From assembly GCF_963921235.1 (NCBI RefSeq), contig NC_086097.1, positions 113,524,001 to 113,588,000 of the forward strand: a stretch of DNA of 64,000 nt, written 5' to 3'. The notes beneath the pieces were generated by a model that saw only the letters and a program-made list of their open reading frames with translations, made no database searches and had not been told where the DNA came from. Made by a program: the position numbers and the translations under genes. The stretch is from Mobula hypostoma (Eukaryota). Of the stretch, positions 37,011-48,004 are shown in pieces; position 1 is the stretch's first letter; each line of letters starts with the position of its first letter.

Positions 37011-40000
37011 ATAAGACCATAAGACAAAGGAGCAGAAGTCGGCCATTTGGCCCATCGAGTCTACTCCACCATTTTATCATGAGCTGATCCATTCTCCCAT
37101 TTAGTCCCACTCCCCCGCCTTCTCACCATAACCGTTGATGCCCTGGCTACTCAGATAACTATCAGTCTCTGCCTTAAGTACACCCAATGACTTGGCCTCC
37201 ACTGCTGCCCGTGGCAACAAATTCCATAGATTCACCACCCTCTGACTAAAAAAATTTCTTTGCATCCTTCAATCCTTAAGTCATGCCCTCTCGTACTAGA
37301 CTCCCCCATCATGGGAAACAACTTTGCCACATCCACTTTGTCCATGCCTTTCAACATTCAAAATGTTTCTATGAGGTCTCCCCTCATTCTTCTAAACTCC
37401 AAGGAATACAGTCCAAGAGTGGACAAAAGTTCCTCATGTTAACCCTCTCATTCCCGGAATCATTCTAGTGAATCTTCTCTGTACCTTCTCCAACGTCAGC
37501 ACATCCTTTCTTAAGTAAGGAGACCAAAACTGCCCACAGTACTTCAAGTGAGGTCTCACCAGCACCTTATGGAGCCTCAACATCACATCCCTGCTCCTAT
37601 ACTCTATTCCTCTAGAAATGAATGCCAACATTGCATTCGCCTTCATCACCACCGACTCAACCTGGCGGTTAACCTTAAGGGTATCCTGTACGAAGACTCC
37701 CAAGTCCCGTTGCATCTCAGAACTTTGAATTCTTTCCCCATTTAAATAATAGTCTGCCCCCTTATTTTTTCTGCCAAAGTGCATAACCATACACTTTCCA
37801 ACATTGTATTTCACTTGCCACTTCTTTGCCCATTCTTCCAATCTATCCAAGTTCCTCTGCAGACACTCCGTTTCCTCAGCACTACCAGCCCCTCCACCTA
37901 TCTTCGTATCGTCAGCAAACTTAGCCACAAAGCCATCTATTCCACAATCTAAATCGTTGATGTACAATGTAAAAGGAAGCGGCCCCAACACAGACCCCTG
38001 TGGAACAACACTGGTAACCGGCAGCCAACCAGAATAGGATCCCTTTATTCCCACTCTCTGTTTCCTAACACTCAGCCAATGCTCTATCCACGTATGTAAC
38101 TTTCCCATAATTCCATGGGCTCTTATCTTGTTAAGTAGCCTCGTGTGGCACCTTGTCAAAGGCCTTCTGAAAATCTAAATATACAACATCCACTGCATCT
38201 CCCTTGTCTAGCCTACTGGCAATTTCCTCAAAAAATTGTAATAGGTTTGTCAGGCAGGATTTTCCTTTAAGGAATTCATGCTGAGTTCTGCCTATCTTGT
38301 CAAATGCCTCCAGGTACTCTGTAACCTCATCCTTGACAATCGACTCCAACAACTTCCCAACCACCGACGTCAAGCTAACTGGTCTATAATTTCGTTTTTG
38401 CTTCCTTGCCCCCTTCTTAAATAGCGGAGTGACATTTGCAATCTTCCAGTCCTCCGGAACCATGCCAGAATCTATCGACTTTTGAAAGATCATCACTAGT
38501 GCCTCCGCAATCTCCACAGCTACTTCCTTCAGAACACAAGGGTGCATTCCATCTGGTCCGGGAGATTTACCTACCTTCAGACTATTCAGCTTCCTGAGTA
38601 TTTCCTCTGTCGTAATTGTGACTGCGCACACTTCTCTTCCCTGCCACCCTTGAGTGTCCGGTATACTGCTGATGTCTTCCTCAGTGAAGACTGATGCAAA
38701 ATACTCGTTCAGTTCCCCCGCCATCTCCTTATCTCCCATTACAATTTCTCCAGCATCATTTTCTATCGGTCCTATATCTACTCTCACCTGTCTTTTACTC
38801 TTTATATACTTGAAAAAGCTTTTAGTATCCTCTTTGATATTATTTGCTAGCTTCCTTTCATAGTTAATCTTTTCCCTCTTAATGAACTTCTTAGTTTCCT
38901 TTTGTAAGGTTTTAAAAACTTCCCAATCCTCTGTCTTCCCACTAATTTTTGCTTCCTTCTACGCCCTCTCCTTTGCTTTAACTTCTCTTGTCAACCACGG
39001 TTGCATCCTTTTTCCATTTGAAAATTTCTTCTTTTTTGGAATATACCTGTCTTGCACCTTCCTCACTTCTCGCATAAACTCCAGCCACTGCTGCTCTGCC
39101 GTCTTTCCCGCCAGTGCCCCCTTCCAGTCAACTTTGGCCAGTTCCTCTCTCATGCCACTGTAATTTCCTTTACTCCACTGAAATACCAACACATCAGATT
39201 TCGGCTTCTCTTTTTAAAAATTTCACAGTGAACTCAATCATGTTACGATCACTGCCTCCTAAGGGTTCCTTCACCTCAATCTCTCTAATCACCTCCGGTT
39301 CATTACACAATACCCAATCCAGTACAGCCGATCCCCTAGTGGGCTCAACAAGCTGTTCTAAAAAGCCATCTCGCAGACATTCTACAATTTCTCTCTCTTG
39401 AGATCCAGTACTGACCTGATTTTCCCAATCCACTTGCATGTTAAAATCCCCCACAATTATCATAACACTGCCCTTCTGACAAGCCTTTTCTATTTCCTGT
39501 TGTAATTTGTAGTCCACATCACTGCAGCTGTTTGGAGGCCTATAAATAACTGCCATCAGGGTCCTTTTAGCCTTGCTATTTCTTAGCTCAACCCATAAAG
39601 ATTCTGCACCTTCTGATCCTATATCACCTCTTTCTAATGATTTAATATCAATTCTTATCAATAAAGCCATGCCTCCCCCTCTGCCTACCTTCCTATCCTT
39701 CCGATACATCATGTATCCTTGGACGTTCAGCTCCCAGAGACATGCATCCTTTAGCCAGGTCTCAGTGACGGCCACAATATCATACCTGCCAATCTGTAGC
39801 TGTACGACAAGATCATCCACCTTATTCCTTATGCTGCGTGCATTTAAGTACAACACCTTAAGACCAGTATTCGATACTTTTCGCTTTGATTTCACTGCAA
39901 CTTCATTGCACTGCAGCTCATCCCAATGGCTACAAATTTGCCCCATCACCTGCCTGTCTTTCCTGACATCTTTACTGCTCACTATCTTAGATTTATTTCT

Positions 40001-41346
40001 GTTTTCCCCTTCCTCCACTCTGTCATTCCGGTTCCCATCCCCCTGCCAAATTAGTTTAAACCCTCCCTAACAGCTCTATTTCCCACCAGGATATTGGTCC
40101 CCTTCAGGTTCAGGTGTAACCTGTCCTTTTTGAACAGGTCATACTTCCCCTAGAAGAGATCCCAATTATCCAAGAATCTGAAGCCCTGCCCCCTGCACCA
40201 GTCTCTCAGTCACGCATTCATCTGCCTGATCCTACTATTCTTGCCCTCGCTAGCACGTGGCACAGGTAGCAATCCCGAGATTACTACCCTGGAGGTCCTG
40301 CTTCTCAGTTTCCTTCCTAACTCCCGGAAATCTCTCTTCAGGACCTCTTCCTTTGTCCTATCTATGTCATTGGTACCAACATGTACCAAGACAACTGGCT
40401 GCTCACCCTCCCCCTTCAGAATATTCAGGACCCGATCTGAGACATCCCGTACCCTGGCACCTGGGAGGCAACACACCATGCGGGTATCTCTGTCAGGCTT
40501 ACAGAATCTCCTGTCCGTTCCCCTGACTATGGAATCCCCTATGACTACTGTATTCCTCTTCTCCCTCCTTCTCTCCTGAACAACAGCGCCAGGCTCAGTG
40601 CCAGAGACCCGGTCACCGTGGGCGTCCCCTGTCAGGTCATCCCCCTCAACAGCATCCAGAACAAGATATTTGTTGCTGAGGGAGACAGCCACAGGTGTGC
40701 TCTCCACTATCCAGGCATCTCCCTTCTCTCTCTTGACAGTGACTCAGTTTTCTGACCCCTGTAGCCTAGGGATGACTACCTCCCTGTAGTACCTGTCTAT
40801 CACCTCTTCACTTTCCCTGATAAGCAGTGGGTCATCAAGCTGCAGCTCCAGATCCCTAACACGGTCTCTGAGGAGCTGCAACTCGGTGCACCTGGCGCAG
40901 ATGTAGCCATCAGGGAGGCTGGAGGTCTCCCAGGATTCCCATATCTGACACCCTGAACAAATCACTAACCCTGTAGGCATGCTATCTAATTCTACAGGAA
41001 TGAAACAGGAAAAATAAGTCTACTCACCCACTTACCTCGCCAAACAGATGAACCTATTAAACCGTTAGCTGTGAGAACCCTGCTGTTCCTGTCCGTCTGG
41101 GCCAATTCGCGAAGTGGGGGGGAGGGGAAGAAAAAAATAGTTGGTGCCTTGCTCTCACCTCTTCCCGTTTACCGCCGAAGCCCGTTGAAGCCAAAGCCCT
41201 ACACTCTGCTATCGCTCACTCTGCTGCCTGCTCCGACAGCTGCCCGCTGTATAAGGTGGTCTCCTTTTTAAACTCTCTGCGCTGTCCTGTTGACGTCACG
41301 CGCCTGCGCAGTCTCGTCCTTCTTGCACTCGAAGAAGTTTTTTTAA
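37011..41346 (-). mobile_element. Near full-length CR1 LINE with 5'UTR, ORF1 and ORF2 (a few frameshifts and stops)
   Basis: ORF1 zinc finger/leucine zipper (CSGC..CARC..LELQL, 40744..40980) and SGNH-esterase-like VVIGDSIVRG (40210..40707). APE endonuclease (YLNARSIRNK, VTETWL, VGDFN) in 39194..40018. RT in 38131..38787 and 37434..38159 (YLDFQKAFDKVPH, KFADDTK). 3' tail ATAAGACCATAAGAC. Confidence 0.96.
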
Positions 41347-42964
41347 CTTAAACTCCATTCTGGAGTTTAAGTTAAAATGGTGGAGTTATTGCCTATGGAT
41401 AGTGTTTTGGATTTGGGGGCTTTGTTATAGGGACTGGGTGCTGTGATCTGGGGGTTGTGCCGTAGCTAATTGAGGGATGTGTGGGGAGGGATATGCCCGG
41501 GGGTAGAGTTAGGTAATGGGGGTTGAGGATTCACGGCGAAGGGAGGTAGGGTGGGGTGGCAAATGGTATTGCCAGGGGAGGGGTTGTTTGGCCCTTGCAG
41601 TAGGGGTGAGGGCTGAAATAGGAGCCTAACTGCTGGTGATATTGGGTGAATTTGGCCCCTTGATGGGGTGAGGGTTTGGGTTTATACGGGTGTGTAGCAG
41701 GGTGGGAGGTGTTAGGTTTAGTGGTAGGGCAAAAGACTGTTACATAAGCCTTTTGGTGTGGTGTGGTTTGGGTTATTTGGGGTGCTGTCCGGTTTAGTTG
41801 GGGTGCGTGGTCCATTGGAAGTCATGGTTAGGGTGAGTGGTTAGGATTGAGGATGTTTGCGGGGTGGGGTGAACCTGGCTCCCAGGTGGGGAGAGGGCTA
41901 GGGTTTATGGGGGTGTGCTGAAGGGTTGGAGGTGTTAGGCTGCTTGGGTTATTTGGGGTGCTGTCTGATTTAGTTGGGGTGCACGGTCCATTGGAAATTT
42001 AGGGTTAGGGTGAAGTGTAGAGTTGGGGATGTTTGCGGGGCGGGGTGGTACTGGTGATGTGGGGTGAACCTGGCTCCCTGGCGGGGAGAGGGCTAGGGTT
42101 TATGGGGTGTGCTGAAGGGTTGGAGGTGTTACGCTAAGGTGTATGGCTGGGTAGTGGGGCCACAGGACCTGGCGGTGGTGGGAGGGTTAGAGCACCCAAA
42201 CCGATGGTGTAGTGTGGTGAACTTGGCCTCCTGGTGGACAGAGGGCTCAGGTTTATTGGGGTGCGTAGGATGGGTGAAGTCCTTATGTCTGGGGATATGG
42301 CCGAGAAATGTGCACGCAGGCCTACCCATGGGGGGGGGGGGAAGAAAAGGAGCATGGGGTCCAGTATTAAGTAGGCCCCTATGTGCGGGTGTGGCCAGGG
42401 TCCACTGGGTCGCCATCCGGTTTAGTTGTGGTGTGTGATCCTTTGGATGATAGGATTAGGTTGGGGGGGTAGGGTTGATGGGGACCCGCTGGGCGGTGGA
42501 AGGTATAACTGGTGGTGTGGGGTGAGTTTGGTCCTCTGGCGAGAAGAGGACCTGTGTTATGGGGTGTGAAGGTGTTAGGTTTCAGGGCAGGGCCATGTGC
42601 TGGGGATGCATTCTACCCCATGGGGGGAAGCTGGGAGGTTGGGGCAGGTGCTATATCTGGATCAAACCCGTCGTTACGAGTCTATTCTTCCTAGTGGTTA
42701 TCCCTTGTGGAGTTATAATTTCTAATTTTATCCCTCTCTATTTGGGGAATTAGGTTCTGTTCTGGGGCCTAGTTGTTAGGCTCTATTTCCAAAGTAAGAC
42801 GAACCTTTCCTATTTAATGGTCACCTGTCTTAATTTTGTTTCAGGGTGGGTGACTGAAGGGGATCCTCCGCTTCCACCCTTCTCTAATTTTCTCAATTTT
42901 TTTAAATTACGGGGTGCAGTGTTGGCCCTTCAGTGAGTATATTTTATATTGCTGGCCTGGCTTT

Positions 42965-43771
42965 TTAGGCCTCGCTTAGGCCGTTTGGAGAATGCATCTG
43001 TAGTCTTTCAAGCCATCCCCTCTCTGCAATTTTTCTTTGGAGGTTTGACCAGTTTATGTTGGTTTCCAGGCCCAGGATTGCTAAGGAGTACATTCCATGC
43101 TCCAGGAAGTGCCTACTGACTGGTCAGTTTTGGTTTCCTCTTGCGATATTACTGAGGTGTCCTGTGAGTCTGGTTCTCAAGCTGTTGCCCGTCTTCCCTA
43201 TTTATATAATATGGCATTGTTTACACTGGATTGCATATACTACATTCTTTTGTTCGCAAGTTATCCTCTGCTCTCTCTCAGCCCACTTTCCTGGAGCTCT
43301 GTTGTGTAAGCTTTTTGAAATTCTTATGTATATGCACGCCCTGCAGTTTCCCATCTCGCAGTTTGGCGCTGCTTGTACCTTGGTACTGACTAGTGTGTCT
43401 TTTAAGTTTTTACCCCTTTTGAAGGCTGAAACTATGGTGTATTGTCCCAGTGTCCCCCCTTCCACTTTTAGTTCTGACTGTCTTGTGGATATTCACTGCC
43501 ATCCCACCTTATCCTGTTATCAAGGGTAGTTTCTGTGATGTGTTGTCTTGTGGTCGGGGATTTGTGATACTTTTTAAAAAGTCAGATTTGATGTGTCTGA
43601 GTCTCCGTCTGCTGTAGCCCCTGTGTCTAAGTGCAGAGAAGAGGATAGTAGTGGCTTGGTGGAAGTCCTCTGCCTGGTGCAAATGCGGTGAAACCGGGTC
43701 AGCTGTCCTTTGACAATGCCTCTGAAGGTGTGTTTGGGATGGTGGCTCCCGGTGACTGGGAGAATGTCCAA
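42965..43771 (-). pseudogene. PLE RT thumb + GIY-YIG endonuclease remnant
   Basis: SHHPKHTFRGIVKGQLTRFHRICT, frameshift, EDFHQATTILFSALRHRGYS; then AFKRGKNLKDTLV..C....CRAC..ITCEQKNVVYAIQCKQCHII*IGKTGNSLRTRLTGHLSNI..PVSRHF..AERGWLERLQMHSPNGLSEA*. The Y of YIG is a TAA stop. Confidence 0.88.
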
Positions 43772-44804
43772 TTTCGCCTCTTCTCTGTGGCTTCCTCAGG
43801 GGAAATCCTGTAAAGACTGAGGTGGTCTTCCTTTAAAATGTCCCCCCTCCCCTGCTTTTCCCAACCTCTGCATTGTTTTAACAAACCTGTTTGTCTGTTA
43901 CTGTTGCAGCCTCTGACTGTTGCTAGGATACAGGCCTGCCTTGTTTATTAAAACTCTTAAAGGTAAATTATCCACTAATGATGGATTTCCTCTTGACCCT
44001 CTCCATTCTTTTAGACCATAATTTTTCATTTCTATTCCTTTAATACCTAGTTAAAGTTGAGATTAAATTTCATCCTATTTCCCCTTTTAGGATTACATTA
44101 TTTTATTGTGAATTTAGTGTTCAACCTGTTAGTTTACTGTTTTGTGGGTATAATGTGGTAGAAGCTTGTGGCTAATTTATGTTGGGGTTGGGGCTTAACT
44201 TCCGCAGTCTGTGCCAGTTTTCCTAGCTTCTTGGATTTACTTTTGGCTTTTGAGGACCACGATGATGAGAGACGTGTCACTTCTGGTTAGGATGCAAGTA
44301 TGCGGGCAGTGGGCACAATATCCCTCTCTAGTGTTAGTGGATCTCTTACTGGAGATGCAGTATGACTTCACCAGGCCACTTTGTTTTTGGCCCATGTTGT
44401 CATCATCTCGGTCCCCGACTTGCCTTTATTGGGATCTTCCTCCCCTTTAACTTCCATTCTGGAGTTCAAGTTAAAATGGTGGAGATATTGCCTATGGATA
44501 GTGTTTTTTATAGGGACTGGGTACTGTGATCTGGGGGTTGTGCGGTAGCTAATTGAGGGGTGTCTGGGGAGGGACACGCACGGGGGTAGAGTTAGGTAAT
44601 GGGGGTTCAGGATTCATGGCAAAGGGAGGTGGGGTGGGGTGGCAAATGCTATTGCGGGTGGGTGGGTGTTTGGCCCTTATAGTAGGAGGGAGGGCTGAAA
44701 TAGAAGCCTAACTGCTGGTAATATTGGGTTAATTTGGCCCCTTGATGGGGTGAGGGATTGGGTTTATGGGGGTGTGTAGCAGGGTGGGAGGTTAGAGTTG
44801 GGGT

Positions 44805-45440
44805 GCGAGTATGCGGGCAGTGGGCAAAATATCCCTCCAGTGTTTGTGGATCTAGGGTTAGGGTTAGGGTGAGGATGCGAGTATGCGGGCAGTGGGCAAA
44901 ATAACCCTGTAGTGTTTGTGGATCTAGGGTTATGGTTAGGGTTAGGATTAGCATTAGGGTGCGAGTATGCGGGCAGTGGGCAAAATATCCCTGTAGTGTT
45001 TGTGCATCTAGGGTTAGAGTTAGGGTAAGGGTGAGGATGCGAGTATGCGGGCAGTAGGCAAAATATCCCTGTAGTGTTTGTGGATCTGGGGTTAGGGTTA
45101 GGGTAAGGGTGCGAGTATGCGGTCAGTGGGCAAAATATCCCTGTAGTGTTTGTGGATCTAGGGTTAGAGTTAACGTCAGGGATATGGTTAGGGTGTGAGA
45201 ATGCGGGCAGTAGGCAAAATATCCCTCTAGTGTTTCTGGATCTAGGGTTAGGGTTAGGGTTAGGGTAAGGCTGCGAGTATGCGGGCAGTGGGCATAATAT
45301 CCCTGTAGTGTTTGTGGATCTAGGGTTAGGGTTAGGGTTAGGATTAGGGTGGGAGTATGAAGGCAGTGGGCAAAATATCCCTCTAGTGTTTGTGGATCTG
45401 AGGTGAGGGTGAGGGTGAGGTTGAGGGTGAGGGCGAGGGT
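44805..45440 (+). repeat. Tandem array of eight units: ~48 bp core + TTAGGG-type hexamers
   Basis: Core GCGAGTATGCGGGCAGTGGGCAAAATATCCCTGTAGTGTTTGTGGATC starts at 44805, 44877, 44961, 45039, 45111, 45195, 45273 and 45351. Confidence 0.97.
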
Positions 45441-45453
45441 TTTTTTTTAAAAA

Positions 45454-45790
45454 GAGTCCTGAGATGCTTGTATCTTCTACCTGATGGCAGCAAGGGAGCA
45501 TGCCCTAGGTGGTGGGGATCAGTGATGATGGATGCTGCCTTCCTGTGACAGAGTTTTATGTAGATGTATTCAATGATTAGGAGAGCTTTAACTGTGATGG
45601 ACTGGGCCGAATCCATAGCCTTTTGCAGGATTTTCCGTTCAAAGGTACTGTTATTTCCATGCAAGGCCATTAAGCAGCCTGTCAATACACTTTCCACTAC
45701 ACATCTATAGAAGTTTGTCAAAGTTTTATATGTCATGCCAAATCTCCATAAGCTCCTGAGGAAGTAGAGGGACTGCCATGTTTTCTTTGC
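45454..45790 (-). mobile_element. Rex/Babar-like LINE 3' part; continues at 36690-37010 across the inserted block
   Basis: ORF 45383..45868 has LYFLRSLWRFGM..LTNFYRCVVESVLTGC. The junction is collinear with the uninterrupted related copy at ~58070-58165. Confidence 0.8.
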
Positions 45791-48004
45791 AATTGCACTT
45801 TCGTGCTGGGTTATAAAGTAATTTATAGTAATTTTATGTCTTTGCACTGTCCTGCTGCCACAAAACAACGAATTTCATTTCACATAAAACAGTGATAATA
45901 AACCAGGTTCTGATTCTGATAATTGGGAACTATTATAAAAAACAAGAAACAGAAGCCAATTACCACTTCAGTTTTGCACACCCATATTGTACAAACACAT
46001 CAGAAACGTAGGGTTTGTTACAGGTGAAGTGAATTGCTTTCCCCCAGAACCATATCTAAACCTGTTTCAGAAGTCTTTAAAAAGTAATTTAGTATAGAAG
46101 CTATGAAGAACCATGGAAAGTAGGCTGTGGATCACAGGCTTATAAAGCAAGGAAATAAAGGTCTGAAAATTGTTAAATGTTCAGGCCCTCGCATCAATCT
46201 CCGAGTACACCATTGTTCAATCTTGCCAACCAAAGACCTATTTACACCTCCTCTGTTTCCTGTTAGCTGACCAATCTTCTACCAGCAGCATGAGCTATTA
46301 ATTTCTACAGTAACCTTTATGCAACACAATATCTTCTGGAAATCTAAATATAATACATTCATTGTTCCCCTTTATGCACAGCAAATGCTATCTTAACAAA
46401 TAACAAGAAATTGGACAATGATAATTTCCCTTTTACAAACTCATGTTGACTTTGGCTGATTATCTTGACTTTTTTCTAAGTTCCCTGCTAGCACCATTAA
46501 TAATAGCTTCTAAAATTTTCCCAATAATAGATGTTAAGCTAATTGTCCTGTGATTTCCTGCTTTCTGTATACCACCCTTTTCGAAATAAAGGAGTTTGAC
46601 TTTTCACTTTCCAATGATAGAAACTTCCCTGAATCTAGGGAATTTTGGAAAATTAAAAACATTACGTCAACTGTCTCAATAACCATGTTTTTGTTTTGGC
46701 ACCTGTGACAAAGTCAGGGTAGATCTGGAGATCTGTCAGCCAGCAGCTCCAACAAATTGCTCAGTATCACTTCTGGGTCAAGACAGCGCAGAGCTACGAT
46801 GTCCCTTGTTGTCACGGCTCAGAATTAGTTGTTGCATTTTTAGGTTTGTAGCGATGGTTTTGGAGACAGTACAGGGAGCTTGGGGTCAGATTAGGGTATA
46901 GGGATAGGGATGAGGGGAGTTAAAGGTCAGGGCCAGTAAATGAAGAGTCTGGGCAGGAGTTTGAGTCCAGGTCAAAGTGATCTACAGCTGAACGTCAGTG
47001 ATCCCAGAAATTGTGTTGACAGGTGCTGCGGAGATCAATGATCCATAAGTCAGCCAGTCCCATGTTGGTGGTCCATACGGGTGGGAGTCACGAGAACTTG
47101 TGCCCCCCTCCACCCCCAGTCACCAGGATCAAAGGTCTACACGACCTGCAAGTTAAGGTCAAGCACGGCGAAGTCCAAAGGGCAAAGCTGTAGATCAAGG
47201 TGCAGAGGATAGAAAGTCTGGAGATAGCAGCCTGAAGATTGACGATGAAAGAAGTCCCAAGGGCACGGGCCACGGGGTCAAAGACCTGTGCAATTCCAGA
47301 AATTGATGCTCAATGTTCAAACACTTGATCGGCAAGTCCTGGGGCAAAGTCCAAAATTGGAGGCCAACATCTGTGAGTTGGAGAATCTGGAGCTAAGGGC
47401 CGGAGGCCTGGGACTGGAGGCCTCTCTGCGTATGAGTGAGTGGGTGTGTGCCGCAAAGCACTGTAAAATAATATCATTCCACATAAATTGAACTTCAGTG
47501 TCCTCTGTACACGCCTCAATCTTTATTATCCTGTCTGCAAATCAATGAAAATTTTAATTATAGTACATGCCTTTCATTTCTGCTTGAGGATACCTGGAAG
47601 GGTACAGATGGCATCAGACACATTGGGACAAACAAAATTAACCCACTGAGCCAGCCTGAGGTCAGCCAACATTTAAGAGCTCAGCCAACATCTCCTGAAG
47701 AACACAAGAACCCTTGTTTAACGGTATATATACCAATTAGGGTCCTCCATGGAAATGGTACATAATCCTTATTTTAACAAGACTGATACAACGTTTCACC
47801 ATCGATAATGAGGTTCAAGTATAGTGATTGTCTCAAACACCAAAGTACTTAAAACAGGGTGAACTTTCTTAAGCAACAATCACAGAAACTGACTTGACCA
47901 TTTTTGCTCAGGTGGAGATGACTTTCTGATTTTTTATATCAATGATTTCATGCCACTAGTCTGCGAGTCACCTAATATATACTTTTGGACAGCCACCATT
48001 CAGA

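Larger units (their letters stand above)
41347..45441 (-). mobile_element. Internally deleted Penelope-like element with direct terminal repeats and a telomeric-repeat array
   Basis: RT-thumb and GIY-YIG remnants at 42965-43771; direct repeats 41354-41710 and 44453-44792; TTAGGG-containing array 44805-45440; candidate TSD TTTTTTTAA. Confidence 0.8.

Noticed and set aside
42780..42960. Hammerhead ribozyme downstream of the telomeric PLE endonuclease
   Set aside because: Only CTGAAGG is present, with no CUGANGA/GAAA arrangement and supporting stems.
43056..43529. 157 aa plus-strand ORF
   Set aside because: Antisense shadow of the PLE endonuclease remnant.
44805..45440. CRISPR-like repeat-spacer appearance
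   Set aside because: The spacers are telomeric hexamer runs, not unique sequences; there are no cas genes and the context is eukaryotic.
41347..45441. Integrated herpesvirus telomeric-repeat terminus
   Set aside because: No viral genes are visible; the coding remnants are PLE RT thumb and GIY-YIG.
44649..45501. 245 aa and 101 aa ORFs rich in PNPNP / TLTLT
   Set aside because: They stay open only because the repeat units are multiples of 6 and lack stops; no evidence of a real protein.
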